Assembly (NCBI GenBank): GCA_024613925.1
Contig: GCA_024613925.1_4713.1
DNA: 64,000 bases
Direction: 5' to 3' (one strand)
Source of the DNA: a phage
The notes under the pieces: model-generated
Database searches by the model: none
Told to the model about the DNA's origin: nothing
Seen by the model: only the letters and a program-made list of their open reading frames with translations
Shown here: piece by piece, positions 1 to 10,444 of the stretch
Position numbering within the stretch: position 1 is the first letter of the stretch
How the letters are laid out: every line of letters starts with the position of its first letter
Position numbers and translations under genes: made by a program

Positions 1-1
1 C

Positions 2-667
2 GTAAGCTTTGCGAAGCTCTATCAAGTTGACAACAGCGCAATTACCAAACGTATGCGACAGATCATGACCGAAGGTCCGGTCATGACCGATGAACTTTTG
101 CGTGAGTATGCAAACGAACTGGGTGAAACGAACTCCCGCACGTTGGATCTGTCCGACAACGGTTCTGTTATCATTGAGCTTGAAGTGCCGAAGATTTCAC
201 GACAAATCGCCATGGGTGAACGTTGGTTAAGCGATACCTTGGAAGATCTGCGTGATATTCTATCGCGTCCGTCAATGACCGAAGAAGAGCGTGATCGTGT
301 TATTCGTGAACGTCAGTTCTATAGCTGGATGCGTCAGTATGATGCATGGATCAAATCGATGCATGTGTCAGTAAACGGTACCATGCGTCGTGTAAGCGAT
401 GCGGATACGGCAACGGTATTAGCACAGCTGTCTCGTGACAGCGACCTTCGTGAACGCTATATCGATGGGCTGATGCAATTCATCGGTGATTCGACGATTG
501 CGCTCGCAGCAATGCCTGCCTGGAAATGTCCGAAATGTAATGCCGATATTGCTGACAATCTGCGCGACCAGAAATACTACGATCTGATTGCTTTGGATGT
601 ACCCCAGCTTTTTTTTACCCTAAACTCCGTCCAATCTCTTCAGGAGGGGATGGACGCGGTATTCTAA
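2..667 (+). CDS. hypothetical protein, 5' end outside window (C-terminal CxxC pair WKCPKC)
   Basis: Reading frame open from window edge to TAA 665-667; first ATG at 53. Confidence 0.5.
   Translation, partial: VSFAKLYQVDNSAITKRMRQIMTEGPVMTDELLREYANELGETNSRTLDLSDNGSVIIELEVPKISRQIAMGERWLSDTLEDLRDILSRPSMTEEERDRVIRERQFYSWMRQYDAWIKSMHVSVNGTMRRVSDADTATVLAQLSRDSDLRERYIDGLMQFIGDSTIALAAMPAWKCPKCNADIADNLRDQKYYDLIALDVPQLFFTLNSVQSLQEGMDAVF
609..616 (+). other. T8 homopolymer forming a U_UUU_UUU -1 slippery heptamer (610-616) in the zero frame of ORF 2..667
   Basis: Read directly: codons CTT TTT TTT ACC in frame of ORF 53..667; the -1 frame is open from 556 to 1089. Confidence 0.9.
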
Positions 668-729
668 TCGATCCGCGATACGGGTTACATGACGGACAAC
701 TTGTTCGTAATGATGAAAAAATCTGGGAA

Positions 730-1089
730 TTGCTGTTAGCGCGTAAAGGCGACGGCGGCATGAAACTGAACATCGAAATGGGTATTGCGTACGATACCAT
801 GTTTGGTTTGTACGACCGCGTTAACGAATGGACACCGTTGAAATGGGTGGCTCAGCATCCCGCTGAAGATCCCTGGGACAGATTAGGGATTAAACCCTTA
901 ATCGAGGATTATGTTCGATTCGGTATTAAAGAGTTCATGACGCTGGATGCGTTTTTAAAAGCACCGTATCCTTACGCGCAAACGGTACTCAAAATCGCAC
1001 AAGACGAACTGCGGAAACGTAGTGCGGTACTGGACGACGATGAGGACAAGTTACGACGAGAAGAAGAACGTTTACGAAACGGAAAATAA
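730..1089 (+). CDS. hypothetical protein; possibly the -1 frameshift extension of the upstream ORF rather than an independent gene
   Basis: Frame open from 556; first in-frame start is TTG at 730 with no ATG until M at ~760; TAA at 1087-1089. Confidence 0.4.
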   Translation: MLLARKGDGGMKLNIEMGIAYDTMFGLYDRVNEWTPLKWVAQHPAEDPWDRLGIKPLIEDYVRFGIKEFMTLDAFLKAPYPYAQTVLKIAQDELRKRSAVLDDDEDKLRREEERLRNGK

Positions 1090-1090
1090 A

Positions 1091-1600
1091 ATGGCGAGAT
1101 TTACCAGTTTGATTGGGTTGGATATTTGGGAAACACCGGCTGACGTTCGGGTTATTCCTGTCAACACCGTCGGTGTGATGGGACGCGGTCTTGCCAAGCA
1201 GGCGGCCGATCGTGTACCCGGTCTTCTTGAAGCGTACCGTAAGCAATGTCAAGATGGGTTTAAGGTGGGCGAAGTCGTGTCATATCAGCATGGCGAGAAC
1301 GATCAGCTCACCTACGTGTTGTTTCCATCAAAATCGGATTGGCGCGAAAAAACACGACGTGAGTATATCGTTAATGGTTTACTGGCGTTAAAAGCGTGGT
1401 TATTGGAGCTTCAGTTCGAAAGAGACGGCTTCTCATACCACCGTCCGGCTGAACCGTTGATTGTCGCAATTCCTCCGGTTGGTTCTGGTTGCGGTAATAT
1501 CGGTTACGGACAATCCGAAACAATCCAGCCTCAATGGGTACGCGCACAAATCAAACAGTATCTTGCCACCGTGCCAAACGTTCATTTCTACTTGTTCTAA
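1091..1600 (+). CDS. macro domain protein (ADP-ribose binding/hydrolase fold)
   Basis: Motifs VIPVNTVGVMGRGLAKQ and PPVGSGCGNIGY resemble macrodomain Gly-rich signatures; ATG at 1091 one nt after upstream stop. Confidence 0.55.
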   Translation: MARFTSLIGLDIWETPADVRVIPVNTVGVMGRGLAKQAADRVPGLLEAYRKQCQDGFKVGEVVSYQHGENDQLTYVLFPSKSDWREKTRREYIVNGLLALKAWLLELQFERDGFSYHRPAEPLIVAIPPVGSGCGNIGYGQSETIQPQWVRAQIKQYLATVPNVHFYLF

Positions 1601-1616
1601 TGCAACGGTAACATAA

Positions 1617-1648
1617 CCCTCTCCCTTCCCTTACGGGTTGGGAGAGGG
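1617..1648. terminator. GC-rich hairpin between convergent genes (ccctctccc...gggagaggg), followed by CTTATGCTG
   Basis: 9-bp perfect stem with inner ccc/ggg pairing, read from sequence. Confidence 0.55.
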
Positions 1649-1665
1649 CTTATGCTGTTATGTTA

Positions 1666-2040
1666 TTAATGTTCGTTCCAGATGGCATCTTCCGGTGGAA
1701 CAATAGGATCTTTCTTCGGCATTGATGGCACTTCATGACGATGTTTACGGAACTGCCTATCAATAACCTCACGAAGCCGGTACGCGTCAACCCATGTTGA
1801 TTTATTGAACAGCTCCAACGTCACGGTTAATCGTGTTCTTGACATTGAATAGCTTTTCTTTGCAATCAAATTGGGATAATTCAGTTGAGCGAACCACGCA
1901 CGTATCTGTGCTTCGGTAAAAGCGATGCTGTAATAACTAAGTTTACCGTCATTAAAATCGTGCGCGTGGGTGTAGCGTCCAGCGTAACGCCAGACAAGAT
2001 GCACATTCAGATCGATCCATGGTGGGGTGGTATCAGCCAT
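1666..2040 (-). CDS. hypothetical protein
   Basis: 124-aa ORF, start abuts upstream gene stop. Confidence 0.5.
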   Translation of the reverse strand: MADTTPPWIDLNVHLVWRYAGRYTHAHDFNDGKLSYYSIAFTEAQIRAWFAQLNYPNLIAKKSYSMSRTRLTVTLELFNKSTWVDAYRLREVIDRQFRKHRHEVPSMPKKDPIVPPEDAIWNEH

Positions 2041-2049
2041 GTGTTACCC

Positions 2050-2619
2050 TCAACGATTCTTCATCACTTTACCCAGGCTTTCGATATTATCCCAAAAGCG
2101 ATTTTTACTTGGCGCATCGCCAACGATAACCGACATCAAATCGCGACGTTCACGACTGATGATGCCCTGTGATTTCCAGATCACCATCGTCCAGCAAGCT
2201 GCCAGAACGAACAGATGGTTAATGCTCGGTTTGGTTTGCGCGATGAACGCAAGCCATGCCCAGATACCGGTATATACTAGCGTCACTAAAAAGAGGGAGA
2301 TTGTCGCAATGACAACAACGAAGTTTTGGACAGCGGGTTGATTCGCGTTATCATGAATAGCGGTAAGATCGGGAAGGTTACCTTCAACTGAACTCGTTTC
2401 ATCGATTTCCAATTCTTCGATTTCTTTTCGTGTGTCGGGAGCTAATCCGGCATCATCAAGATGCTTTTTTAACCGCTGTATACTTAATCGTTGACCGACA
2501 GGAATGTTGATGTTGTCGTAACTATTAAGCGCATCAACCAGGGAGCGCCCGTCAACGAGAACCAAGCTCGCAGTACCCATTGTCTGCGGTTTTATTTTGT
2601 AAAGGTCTTTTACTTTCAT
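2050..2619 (-). CDS. membrane protein (C-terminal hydrophobic helices)
   Basis: 189-aa ORF; hydrophobic stretches FVVVIATISLFLVTLVYTGIWAWLAFI. Confidence 0.5.
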   Translation of the reverse strand: MKVKDLYKIKPQTMGTASLVLVDGRSLVDALNSYDNINIPVGQRLSIQRLKKHLDDAGLAPDTRKEIEELEIDETSSVEGNLPDLTAIHDNANQPAVQNFVVVIATISLFLVTLVYTGIWAWLAFIAQTKPSINHLFVLAACWTMVIWKSQGIISRERRDLMSVIVGDAPSKNRFWDNIESLGKVMKNR

Positions 2620-2640
2620 GTAGACACCACCTCCAACGTG

Positions 2641-5253
2641 TTAAGCGTCTGGTGTAAAATCAAAAGGAATGTCCGTACGAATGACATCATAGCGTTTTCC
2701 GAGGAAATAAAACTCTTCGGGAACCTGACCGGGAATAATGCTATCGCCGATGAACTGCGGATACGCCCAGATGTACTGAGTGAGTCCTTCGAACATATCC
2801 AGGTTATTTGCGTGGTTGCCCATGATACGTTTCCAGAGTTCGCGTTTATACGGTGTTTTAACATCGAACCCATAAAGCGGTGCAAGATCTTCACCAGGAA
2901 CAAATCCCAGGTAATAGTGAATCTGACTAACCGGGAAACCAAGCGTATCTCGCGGAATGGTGATCGCTTGCTCTGCCTTGGTGACATGCGTCTCAATAAT
3001 CCAGTCGTAACACTCCGAATAGAACCGATCGAATTTCTCTGGATTATACCACGCTTTGGGAAGATTCAGTTTCTCCGTGAACGCGTTCGACATGATCGTC
3101 GGCAAGAACGGAAGAATACCGGTTTTGATCTGCGTGTATTTCGATTTTACCCGGTTAACCAAATTCCAGCAACTGTATCCTAACTGTTCGTTACAAAACT
3201 CAACGTAGAGATCGTAGTCACCGCCGGATAATGGGTTGTTGATGTCACCGATGTCTGCGGCATATTTGTTGGGATATCGGTTATTGAAAGCCAGTTTGGT
3301 CTGGTAGTCGTAGATACACGGTTTGTTGTTCGCTGTATTGATCCACCACCAAGGTTCACCTACCTGCACACAAATGTCCTGGACATGAGGGTAGATGATA
3401 TCAGCGAATGCCGTTAACACATCCCCTAACCACGCCATCGCCTGTTGGTTACATGGAGACAGCAACCAAGATGGTGGCGTATATCCGGTTGCTGCGATGT
3501 TTCCTTCCCAATCCTGCTGCGCCCACTCGAACGGGCATGCGGTACTCATCAATTCGTAACTTAAACTGATGGTGACAGAGAAATGGTGTTTTGCAGCATA
3601 TGCGGCGAAAGCTTCATGCCACGCAATACAGGCCGGATTTAATACATCCGTGGTGTTTACCAGTAACTTACCTGCACTTGGCGTCCAGACAGTATCGTAG
3701 AAATGCGACATGCCAACATAATGCACTAATTCATCTTGATATCCCGCATAAACCAGGTTCTCAAATACGCGCTCCGGCGTGATGTTGTAATGGTCATCAT
3801 AAGCAGTTATCGCACGAAGTTCGTGTGGTGTACAGTGGTGGCGACTAACCGTCATTTCCTGATACACCCCATCGATAGGAAGAATCTCGAGGGTTAAGCC
3901 GAGGTCGATTGGCGTTTCCAGATAGGTCGTTTCAGTCGCACCTTCCTTATAATGTCGAGAACTCATGCTGAACATCAACGACGCTACCGATTCGAGTTCG
4001 ATAGGCTCGTCAGCATAGAACCCCGCCATTGCGTCATTGAAATCGATCGTCACGATTGCGCTTCTACCGTCTTCAGAGACATCGGTCGCATATCGGGTTA
4101 ATGAGATATACTGACGGCTATCGTCTTTGTGTACGACGGTTAAAACCGGCGGGTGTTCGGTATCTGCAAAGTTACGCTGGTCGCCAGTAAACGTGACCTT
4201 CGCTTTAAAGATCAAACCGAGTAACGATGTCATGGGATCATACGCAATACTGCCGTGATCCAGCGTATCCGTTGTCCGCCATTCTATCCCGACCAACCCG
4301 TTAGCGGTATGGCATCGCATATACGCATTAAGTGTCATGTCCTCACTGACAACCGCGAAGTTCTCTGTTGACTGACCGTTGATAATCCAATACATCGGTT
4401 GCCAGAGGTTACGCGTACCTTTTGCGTAGTGGTAGGTTGGTGCGCCTTTGGGATTGCCATTATTAAGATGAAATACAGCAGTACCTTGATAATGGTCGTT
4501 CGTATTAATCGGAACACTGTAAGCATCACCGAGGTCCGTACGTTCGACCTTCGTGACTGTTGCGTTTTCAAACAACCCACGTAACGCCGGTAAACCGATA
4601 TCTTCAGGTGCGTTTTCTCGACGAATCGCATCCGCGATGCGGTGGGCTAAGGCGGGGTAAATGGCATCACCCTGTTGTAGGTTTGCAAGACCTACAAAGC
4701 GATCGGGGTCGATGCCAGCAATCAATAACTCAACATCACCCTTCGTTCTATCGTTGTGAAGATATTTCAGTCCAGTAAGATCGAGGTGCTGAATAAGCGA
4801 CAACAGGTTGTATTTACGGTTTTCAACAGTTAGTACAAGATCGCCTGCCCAAACCAAACTTCCCTCATCCGCTGTTACTTTAACGGATTGTCGGCCTGTG
4901 GTAGACGTTGTTGTCGTTTTATTTAATTGTCCTTGTAGGAAGTCGGTTGCGAGGTCAAAGGCAATGCCGTAACGGTCAGCGACCGCTTGCATGATTTCAC
5001 GTAACTGGGTATCTTCTTCAATGATAATCTTGACAGGTATTCCCAAGAACGCTTTAGCGAGGTCTCGTTTAACCAACGAGACGAATACGGATTTGTAGTA
5101 TCGACTTCCATCTTTCCCTTTAAAAAGAATGGAGGTTGTTTCGGGTGACGATAGAATACGCGCAAATTCAACATCGTCGAAAGTAAGAGAAAGTCCGTTT
5201 TTCTCGTTGACCAATCTTAGTATTTCATTTTGCGCGGTTTCATGTAACTTCAT
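2641..5253 (-). CDS. tail fibre / tailspike-like receptor-binding protein with shared N-terminal adapter module (paralog A)
   Basis: 870 aa; N-terminal ~160 aa homologous to ORFs 10445..10993, 11128..12957, 52953..54410 (motifs RDLAKAFLGIPVK, DRYGIAFD). Confidence 0.6.
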   Translation of the reverse strand: MKLHETAQNEILRLVNEKNGLSLTFDDVEFARILSSPETTSILFKGKDGSRYYKSVFVSLVKRDLAKAFLGIPVKIIIEEDTQLREIMQAVADRYGIAFDLATDFLQGQLNKTTTTSTTGRQSVKVTADEGSLVWAGDLVLTVENRKYNLLSLIQHLDLTGLKYLHNDRTKGDVELLIAGIDPDRFVGLANLQQGDAIYPALAHRIADAIRRENAPEDIGLPALRGLFENATVTKVERTDLGDAYSVPINTNDHYQGTAVFHLNNGNPKGAPTYHYAKGTRNLWQPMYWIINGQSTENFAVVSEDMTLNAYMRCHTANGLVGIEWRTTDTLDHGSIAYDPMTSLLGLIFKAKVTFTGDQRNFADTEHPPVLTVVHKDDSRQYISLTRYATDVSEDGRSAIVTIDFNDAMAGFYADEPIELESVASLMFSMSSRHYKEGATETTYLETPIDLGLTLEILPIDGVYQEMTVSRHHCTPHELRAITAYDDHYNITPERVFENLVYAGYQDELVHYVGMSHFYDTVWTPSAGKLLVNTTDVLNPACIAWHEAFAAYAAKHHFSVTISLSYELMSTACPFEWAQQDWEGNIAATGYTPPSWLLSPCNQQAMAWLGDVLTAFADIIYPHVQDICVQVGEPWWWINTANNKPCIYDYQTKLAFNNRYPNKYAADIGDINNPLSGGDYDLYVEFCNEQLGYSCWNLVNRVKSKYTQIKTGILPFLPTIMSNAFTEKLNLPKAWYNPEKFDRFYSECYDWIIETHVTKAEQAITIPRDTLGFPVSQIHYYLGFVPGEDLAPLYGFDVKTPYKRELWKRIMGNHANNLDMFEGLTQYIWAYPQFIGDSIIPGQVPEEFYFLGKRYDVIRTDIPFDFTPDA

Positions 5254-5275
5254 TAAAAACCTCAGCCCTTTAGAA

Positions 5276-5917
5276 TTAAATGTACTGCTTACCGCCCACG
5301 AAGGAAGTTAACCAGTTACCCGAAACAAGCTGCGAAGCCCAGCCAGGCACTGCCCTACCATTCTGGCTCATGATGTTACCACACCAACCAGGGAATCCGG
5401 GACGGATGTAATAGAAAGTTAAATTGTAGAGATGGCAATTCCATACCGCAACGTTATGTTTACCAGAAACCGCTTTAAAGACAAACGCAACGGGTAAAGG
5501 CGACGATAACAATTCAGTCACAGGAACAGCTGACCAGTTCGCATTCGCGTTCCACGGCTGCCATGTGTGTTTGCGCGAGTCACAGTTAACGTTACCGTTG
5601 TTACCGCGCCCACCCGCATGCCACCATAGCGACGGACTCATGTTCTTAAGTGAGGTAAATTGCTGCGGTGGAATATTAGGAATGATAACAGGGTTGGTAC
5701 CTTGTCCGTGTTTCTTTTCTTTTGCGTTTACATACCCACTTATCGATTCGAGGTATTTGACACCAGGATAATTGTTCTGGACTTGTGTCGCAATATCACG
5801 AACGTCGAACGTCCAGCAGATCATGGTGTTGTAGTAAGCGTCGGTGTTATCGTGCCATGAGTTACCATCTTGTAAACGTGCGCCGCTATTCGGTGTTTTA
5901 TCTGTACTTATAGCCAT
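5276..5917 (-). CDS. hypothetical protein (Trp/Asn/Gly-rich), in fibre module
   Basis: 213-aa ORF between lipoprotein gene and paralog A. Confidence 0.5.
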   Translation of the reverse strand: MAISTDKTPNSGARLQDGNSWHDNTDAYYNTMICWTFDVRDIATQVQNNYPGVKYLESISGYVNAKEKKHGQGTNPVIIPNIPPQQFTSLKNMSPSLWWHAGGRGNNGNVNCDSRKHTWQPWNANANWSAVPVTELLSSPLPVAFVFKAVSGKHNVAVWNCHLYNLTFYYIRPGFPGWCGNIMSQNGRAVPGWASQLVSGNWLTSFVGGKQYI

Positions 5918-6056
5918 GGTCTTGTCCTATACGTTGGTGGTTGAAATGGCGGATATCGGATGCATGCTGGACGTGAACCCTATAATTCGCGCTATCGCCA
6001 TTTTCTACCTCGTTTCTATTCTCAAAAAGGAAATTTCATACGATGACGCCATAGCA

Positions 6057-6086
6057 GCTCCTCCTTCCCTGACGGGTTGGAGGAGC
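6057..6086 (-). terminator. GC-rich hairpin (gctcctcc...ggaggagc) downstream of lipoprotein gene
   Basis: 8-bp stem plus inner ccc/ggg; core ttccctNacgggttgg shared with hairpin at 1617. Confidence 0.5.
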
Positions 6087-6094
6087 ATACTTAA

Positions 6095-6601
6095 TTACTT
6101 ACTGATAACCTCAACGGAATCCGGGTCGGCGATCAGCGCACGATCGGTAGAACAATTGAAGAAGACCATACCAACACCATCACCGTTCGAGTTCAGGGTT
6201 GAACTTGCGTAAGACAGGGTTGGTTTATTCATGCGGTAGAAGCGTTCGCTGGTTGTGGTATTGAACCCCAGATCAACGTAGTCTTTCACCGTGGTGTACA
6301 ACTGTGTGGACTCGAAAACGGTTACCGGAGAGTCAACGGTAAACTGACTGCCTTCATCCACAACCAGAACTTTATCGTTCCAGATTTCAGTGGTTGAGAA
6401 CTTCGGTTTCCAATGTTCGAATTCCTGGGTTGCACCCCAGCAAGAATACACAGCGAGATTGCTGTTCTTCTCGACAGGTTTCAACCCCACCAGTTGTGTC
6501 AGGTCTTTATCCAGGTTCGGTAAACCTTCCAGCGTAGCACACCCACCCAGAGAAAGCACCATCAACATACCAAGAACGATCGTGCAAAGTTTCTTCATCA
6601 T
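6095..6601 (-). CDS. lipoprotein (signal peptide with lipobox LSLGGC)
   Basis: N-terminus MMKKLCTIVLGMLMVLSLGGCATLEG. Confidence 0.6.
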   Translation of the reverse strand: MMKKLCTIVLGMLMVLSLGGCATLEGLPNLDKDLTQLVGLKPVEKNSNLAVYSCWGATQEFEHWKPKFSTTEIWNDKVLVVDEGSQFTVDSPVTVFESTQLYTTVKDYVDLGFNTTTSERFYRMNKPTLSYASSTLNSNGDGVGMVFFNCSTDRALIADPDSVEVISK

Positions 6602-6641
6602 CGGATTTCCTTATGTGTAACGGGAGTGATCTCCATAGTAA

Positions 6642-7226
6642 TTACACAGTTGTAGGAAATTCCGGCCAATCGATATTTGGTGCTGTTGATGTGTCAACGC
6701 GATGCAGAGCCACCCGATACTTTTTCCATGCCGTCAACATGGACACCTCTTCTTCCGTTGCGATCTCCAGATCCACAGCATCCTGAAGTGGCGTAATATG
6801 ATCATTCGCCGCCTTCATCAGACTGTTTTTTGTTTCTTCCGCCTCCCGGATCCGGAACAGTTTTTCTGCTTCCGTATCCTTCACCCAGGCTGTGCCGTCC
6901 CACTTCTGAAACTCCCCTTCCGGCGATAACCAGGTAACATTTTCCGGTAACGGACCGAGTTCAGAAATAAATAACGCGTCGCCGGAAGCCACGTCATAAA
7001 CCGTTTTACCCCGATGATCTTCAACGAGATGCCACGATTCATTTTCATTGTTAAAAACTGCCACAAAACCAGCAGGAATTTCCGGTGGGGCGATATCTGT
7101 AGAATTAGCTGGCAGACCTGTATGAGGCGGAATATATGCATCACCTTCACCAATAAATTCATTAGTTCCGGCCAGCAGATTATAAATTTTTATGGTCCGT
7201 GGTTGTTCACTCATTCTGAATGCCAT
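6642..7226 (-). CDS. tail fibre assembly protein (Tfa-type chaperone)
   Basis: C-terminal region [45 protein letters not shown] typical of lambda/P2-type Tfa; start ATG overlaps fibre stop (TAATG). Confidence 0.8.
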   Translation of the reverse strand: MAFRMSEQPRTIKIYNLLAGTNEFIGEGDAYIPPHTGLPANSTDIAPPEIPAGFVAVFNNENESWHLVEDHRGKTVYDVASGDALFISELGPLPENVTWLSPEGEFQKWDGTAWVKDTEAEKLFRIREAEETKNSLMKAANDHITPLQDAVDLEIATEEEVSMLTAWKKYRVALHRVDTSTAPNIDWPEFPTTV

Positions 7227-10200
7227 TATGCAAGCCTCACGATGTAGTTAAATGCAATGTTTTTGACGGTGTTTTCCGCGTTACCCGTAGCGTTAACGGT
7301 GATGGTGTGTCCATGTGATCCAATCGCAACCGAGTGCGTATGCGCACCAATACCTACAGTATGTGCATGTGCGCCAGAACTTGCTGCAGTACCAGACAGC
7401 GAGTGGGTATGTGCTCCATCTGATGATGTCTTCCCTGATATACGGGTCATACCTGAGCCACCTTCCAGTGGTACAATTGGTGCTTTGACTGAAACCTGGG
7501 TATAACCGTTAGGAAAGAGTGCACCATTATTAGAATTCGTATATGGTCCAGAACTCCGGTGTTGGTGCCCACCTGCACTATTTGCAGTCCCGCTCACACT
7601 GTGTGTATGTGCCCCGGTGTTATTCGTGGATTTAGTGCCGTAATCAAACGACGATGTGGTTTTCGTCCCCAAATCCGTATTGGATGCGCTGGCGCTATGG
7701 TTGTGCGATTTTATGCCGTCCTGTTCCTGAGACAATACGGCACGACCACTGGCAGGTTTGCCCTTAATCGTCCAGCCACGCATATCAGGAATAACGCCTG
7801 ACGGATAAGCCACTGCAAGTTTCGGGTATACAGATTTGTCAAAAGTCTGCCCTTGCATCAGAGCATAACCAGACGGAACGGTATCTGAAGGCCATGGAAT
7901 AGGCGCGCCAACAGGCAACTCCGGAGGTGCGGTAAACTCACCCAACTCCTTTATTGCCTCAATAAGTAGAGCTATTTGGGCAGAGATAGAGACCGTTAAA
8001 ACGTCCTCACCATTAGCGTCTTTATAAGTAGAAACTGCTTCAGGTAACACTTTTTGTAAGGTTTGTGCTACAACGCCAACCTCACGATGAACATTAGTGG
8101 ATTTAAAGTTCTCCTTTTTGTCGTATATTAAACCTGACAATTTCTTTACCTTCTCCAATGCATTAGTTATTGGAGAGAAATTACTTTTCAGCCGGGCGTC
8201 TGATCGTGTATAAACTTCGTTAAAGTTACCGTTCCCATCACAATCTATATTTCCAGTAACGTTGAGAGGTACATAGCTTTGAACAGCCTCTCTCGTAAAG
8301 CGTAAAACGTGGTCATAATCGGCGTAAACATCTAGAACGCCGTCCCCGTTCTGCTTAAAGCCGGTGTCATCATCCCCTAAAGCTATGGAGTTCTCACCTA
8401 AATGATTCTCGGTTCCAATACCCAGATTATCGCTTAAAATACTATCAATAGCAAATATTGAATGAGAACAATAAAACCCTCGTCCATTGTTAAAATCCAA
8501 AATGGTTTGTGCGTTCGTGCTTTCTGTCGCGGGATTAGTTGCTCCCCACTTATAGGTTGTTTGACCGACGGTATAATTCTTGGTCGGAACACTAACCGAT
8601 AACCCTTCTTCGGCAAAAACTTGAATAGGGAAAGCCCTACCTTCGACGTAAAAAACGCTGCACACATCATCATCTTCCGCACCTGTTACAATGGAATGGA
8701 TTGCGCGCTCATCAGTATCATATATCGAAAAATACCCTGCTGCGTATGAACCACGATCAGTCCAACCGCCCGGCATTACCGTTCCATTGAATTCGCAGTT
8801 ATTCATTGCATAATCACCACTGGCAGATGTGGTTGTAATAACCACTCTGGAAGCCAGTTCGCCAGTGCTACCAGTGGAACGCCGGAAAATAACTGGATAC
8901 CACTTTCCGCCAACGGCTTTAGACGGCGCGTTAAATACGTACTGCCGCATTCCTTTTTTCTTATCCACCTCGTCTTTGCTGTAAACATTAATGTTACTCA
9001 GGAAGCGACCCTTATCAGGAATATCTGCGCCGTTAGAACTGCGTTGCATAGCGCCCGCAGCTTTATCAACAGTGGTTTTCAAACCCAGGAAGTTAATGAT
9101 ATCGGCCGTCGACCCTTTCGCTAACAAATCACGCGCAGTCGAGGTGAAATCCGCTAACCCTACCTGATTACTACCGGTAAAATAAGGGAGTTTATTCGCT
9201 TCTGTTGTTAGGTTAGACCACGCCGTGAGCAGCGCGTTCAAAGGTTGTTTACCCGCCAACGTATTGGTTATTGTCGTTGCGAAATTAGGATCGTTCCCTA
9301 AAGCTTGAGCCAGCTCATTAAGCGTATTTAGCGCTTCTGGAGACGAGTCGATCAGTGATGCGATAGCACGCATCACAAATTCCGTGTTGGCAATCTGTCG
9401 ACTGCTATCGTTCTCTGCAGCCGTAGGCGCTGCCGGGATACCGGTGAACACAGGGCTATTAAGATCTGCCTTGAGAGCGATGAGACGTTTAAGTGCGTCG
9501 ACATCGACTTTCAGGTTTTCCCATCCGATGAGAGAACCACCACTGCTGGCATGGTAACGGTTGTACCAGAAGTCACCGTTAACGCCTAAAAAGAATATTC
9601 CCTTCTCTTCGTTTTGTGGGCCGGAACTATTTCGTGACGAGCTGATGTAATTGATTTCAATGAGGCCGTTAAACGTCACTCCCGGGATGATTTTGTTGTC
9701 TCCAGCCGACTGTGATACCTGGTAAATCCCCGGGGTTGCGGCTTTGACCCATGTTAAGAATTCTGTTACTCCAGCGGTACCGCTGAAATTCTTAACGTCG
9801 GTAAGTATTGCCCCATAACCGAACATACCGGGTAGAGCCACTCGTCCGTTGGTGCGGTCACGAATATCTGTTGCAACAACAGGCAATTGTTTACGAACGG
9901 CATTAACCGCTTTAGGCGTGGCCGATTTTGTCTCGTCGTCGCTATCGGTTTCATTACTTAGAATAGTTAAACCGCGCGTAGCAGTCGTTGCATCAGGAAG
10001 AAATGCGTTATCCAACACCTTAAGCTGTATTGCACTCGTATTACTAACAACGACATGCACCTGACAGTTAAGAACGCTGGTTGCGCCTTCGGTAGGCGTA
10101 GGCTTATATCTTTCTGGCGCACTGCAGACGGCAATCAGAACACCTTGGTCATCATACAAACCGATCTCACGTACCCAGAACCCACCTTGACCAGCAGGAA

Positions 10201-10438
10201 TAATACCCTCAACGATAATCCTGGTTGTGCTGTCACCATCCGCATGGATATTAGAAACTTCCCCACGATAAACTTCGTGAACAAGCGCTGTTTGGCTGGC
10301 GTTCGGGGTTGGGATCGAGCCGTTACCATCACCAACGGCAAAGTGTGTGATTTTTAGTTTCTCACCGTCGGGAAGTAACGCAGCGGTGATACGTTCTGCT
10401 CCTTTATCGGTAACTACCGTTATATATGCTGTACTCAT
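7226..10438 (-). CDS. long tail fibre protein with C-terminal His-x-His repeat tip
   Basis: 1070 aa; repeats [38 protein letters not shown]; Gly/Ser/Thr-rich; followed by Tfa gene. Confidence 0.8.
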   Translation of the reverse strand: MSTAYITVVTDKGAERITAALLPDGEKLKITHFAVGDGNGSIPTPNASQTALVHEVYRGEVSNIHADGDSTTRIIVEGIIPAGQGGFWVREIGLYDDQGVLIAVCSAPERYKPTPTEGATSVLNCQVHVVVSNTSAIQLKVLDNAFLPDATTATRGLTILSNETDSDDETKSATPKAVNAVRKQLPVVATDIRDRTNGRVALPGMFGYGAILTDVKNFSGTAGVTEFLTWVKAATPGIYQVSQSAGDNKIIPGVTFNGLIEINYISSSRNSSGPQNEEKGIFFLGVNGDFWYNRYHASSGGSLIGWENLKVDVDALKRLIALKADLNSPVFTGIPAAPTAAENDSSRQIANTEFVMRAIASLIDSSPEALNTLNELAQALGNDPNFATTITNTLAGKQPLNALLTAWSNLTTEANKLPYFTGSNQVGLADFTSTARDLLAKGSTADIINFLGLKTTVDKAAGAMQRSSNGADIPDKGRFLSNINVYSKDEVDKKKGMRQYVFNAPSKAVGGKWYPVIFRRSTGSTGELASRVVITTTSASGDYAMNNCEFNGTVMPGGWTDRGSYAAGYFSIYDTDERAIHSIVTGAEDDDVCSVFYVEGRAFPIQVFAEEGLSVSVPTKNYTVGQTTYKWGATNPATESTNAQTILDFNNGRGFYCSHSIFAIDSILSDNLGIGTENHLGENSIALGDDDTGFKQNGDGVLDVYADYDHVLRFTREAVQSYVPLNVTGNIDCDGNGNFNEVYTRSDARLKSNFSPITNALEKVKKLSGLIYDKKENFKSTNVHREVGVVAQTLQKVLPEAVSTYKDANGEDVLTVSISAQIALLIEAIKELGEFTAPPELPVGAPIPWPSDTVPSGYALMQGQTFDKSVYPKLAVAYPSGVIPDMRGWTIKGKPASGRAVLSQEQDGIKSHNHSASASNTDLGTKTTSSFDYGTKSTNNTGAHTHSVSGTANSAGGHQHRSSGPYTNSNNGALFPNGYTQVSVKAPIVPLEGGSGMTRISGKTSSDGAHTHSLSGTAASSGAHAHTVGIGAHTHSVAIGSHGHTITVNATGNAENTVKNIAFNYIVRLA

Positions 10439-10444
10439 GGTGTT

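Noticed and set aside
7257-7801. Plus-strand ORFs (7257..7505, 7559..7801 and many similar, e.g. 14157..14570, 58356..58820) inside long minus-strand genes
   Set aside because: They lie antisense within well-supported long ORFs, are Cys/His/Arg-rich in a way typical of shadow frames, and lack plausible ribosome-binding sites.
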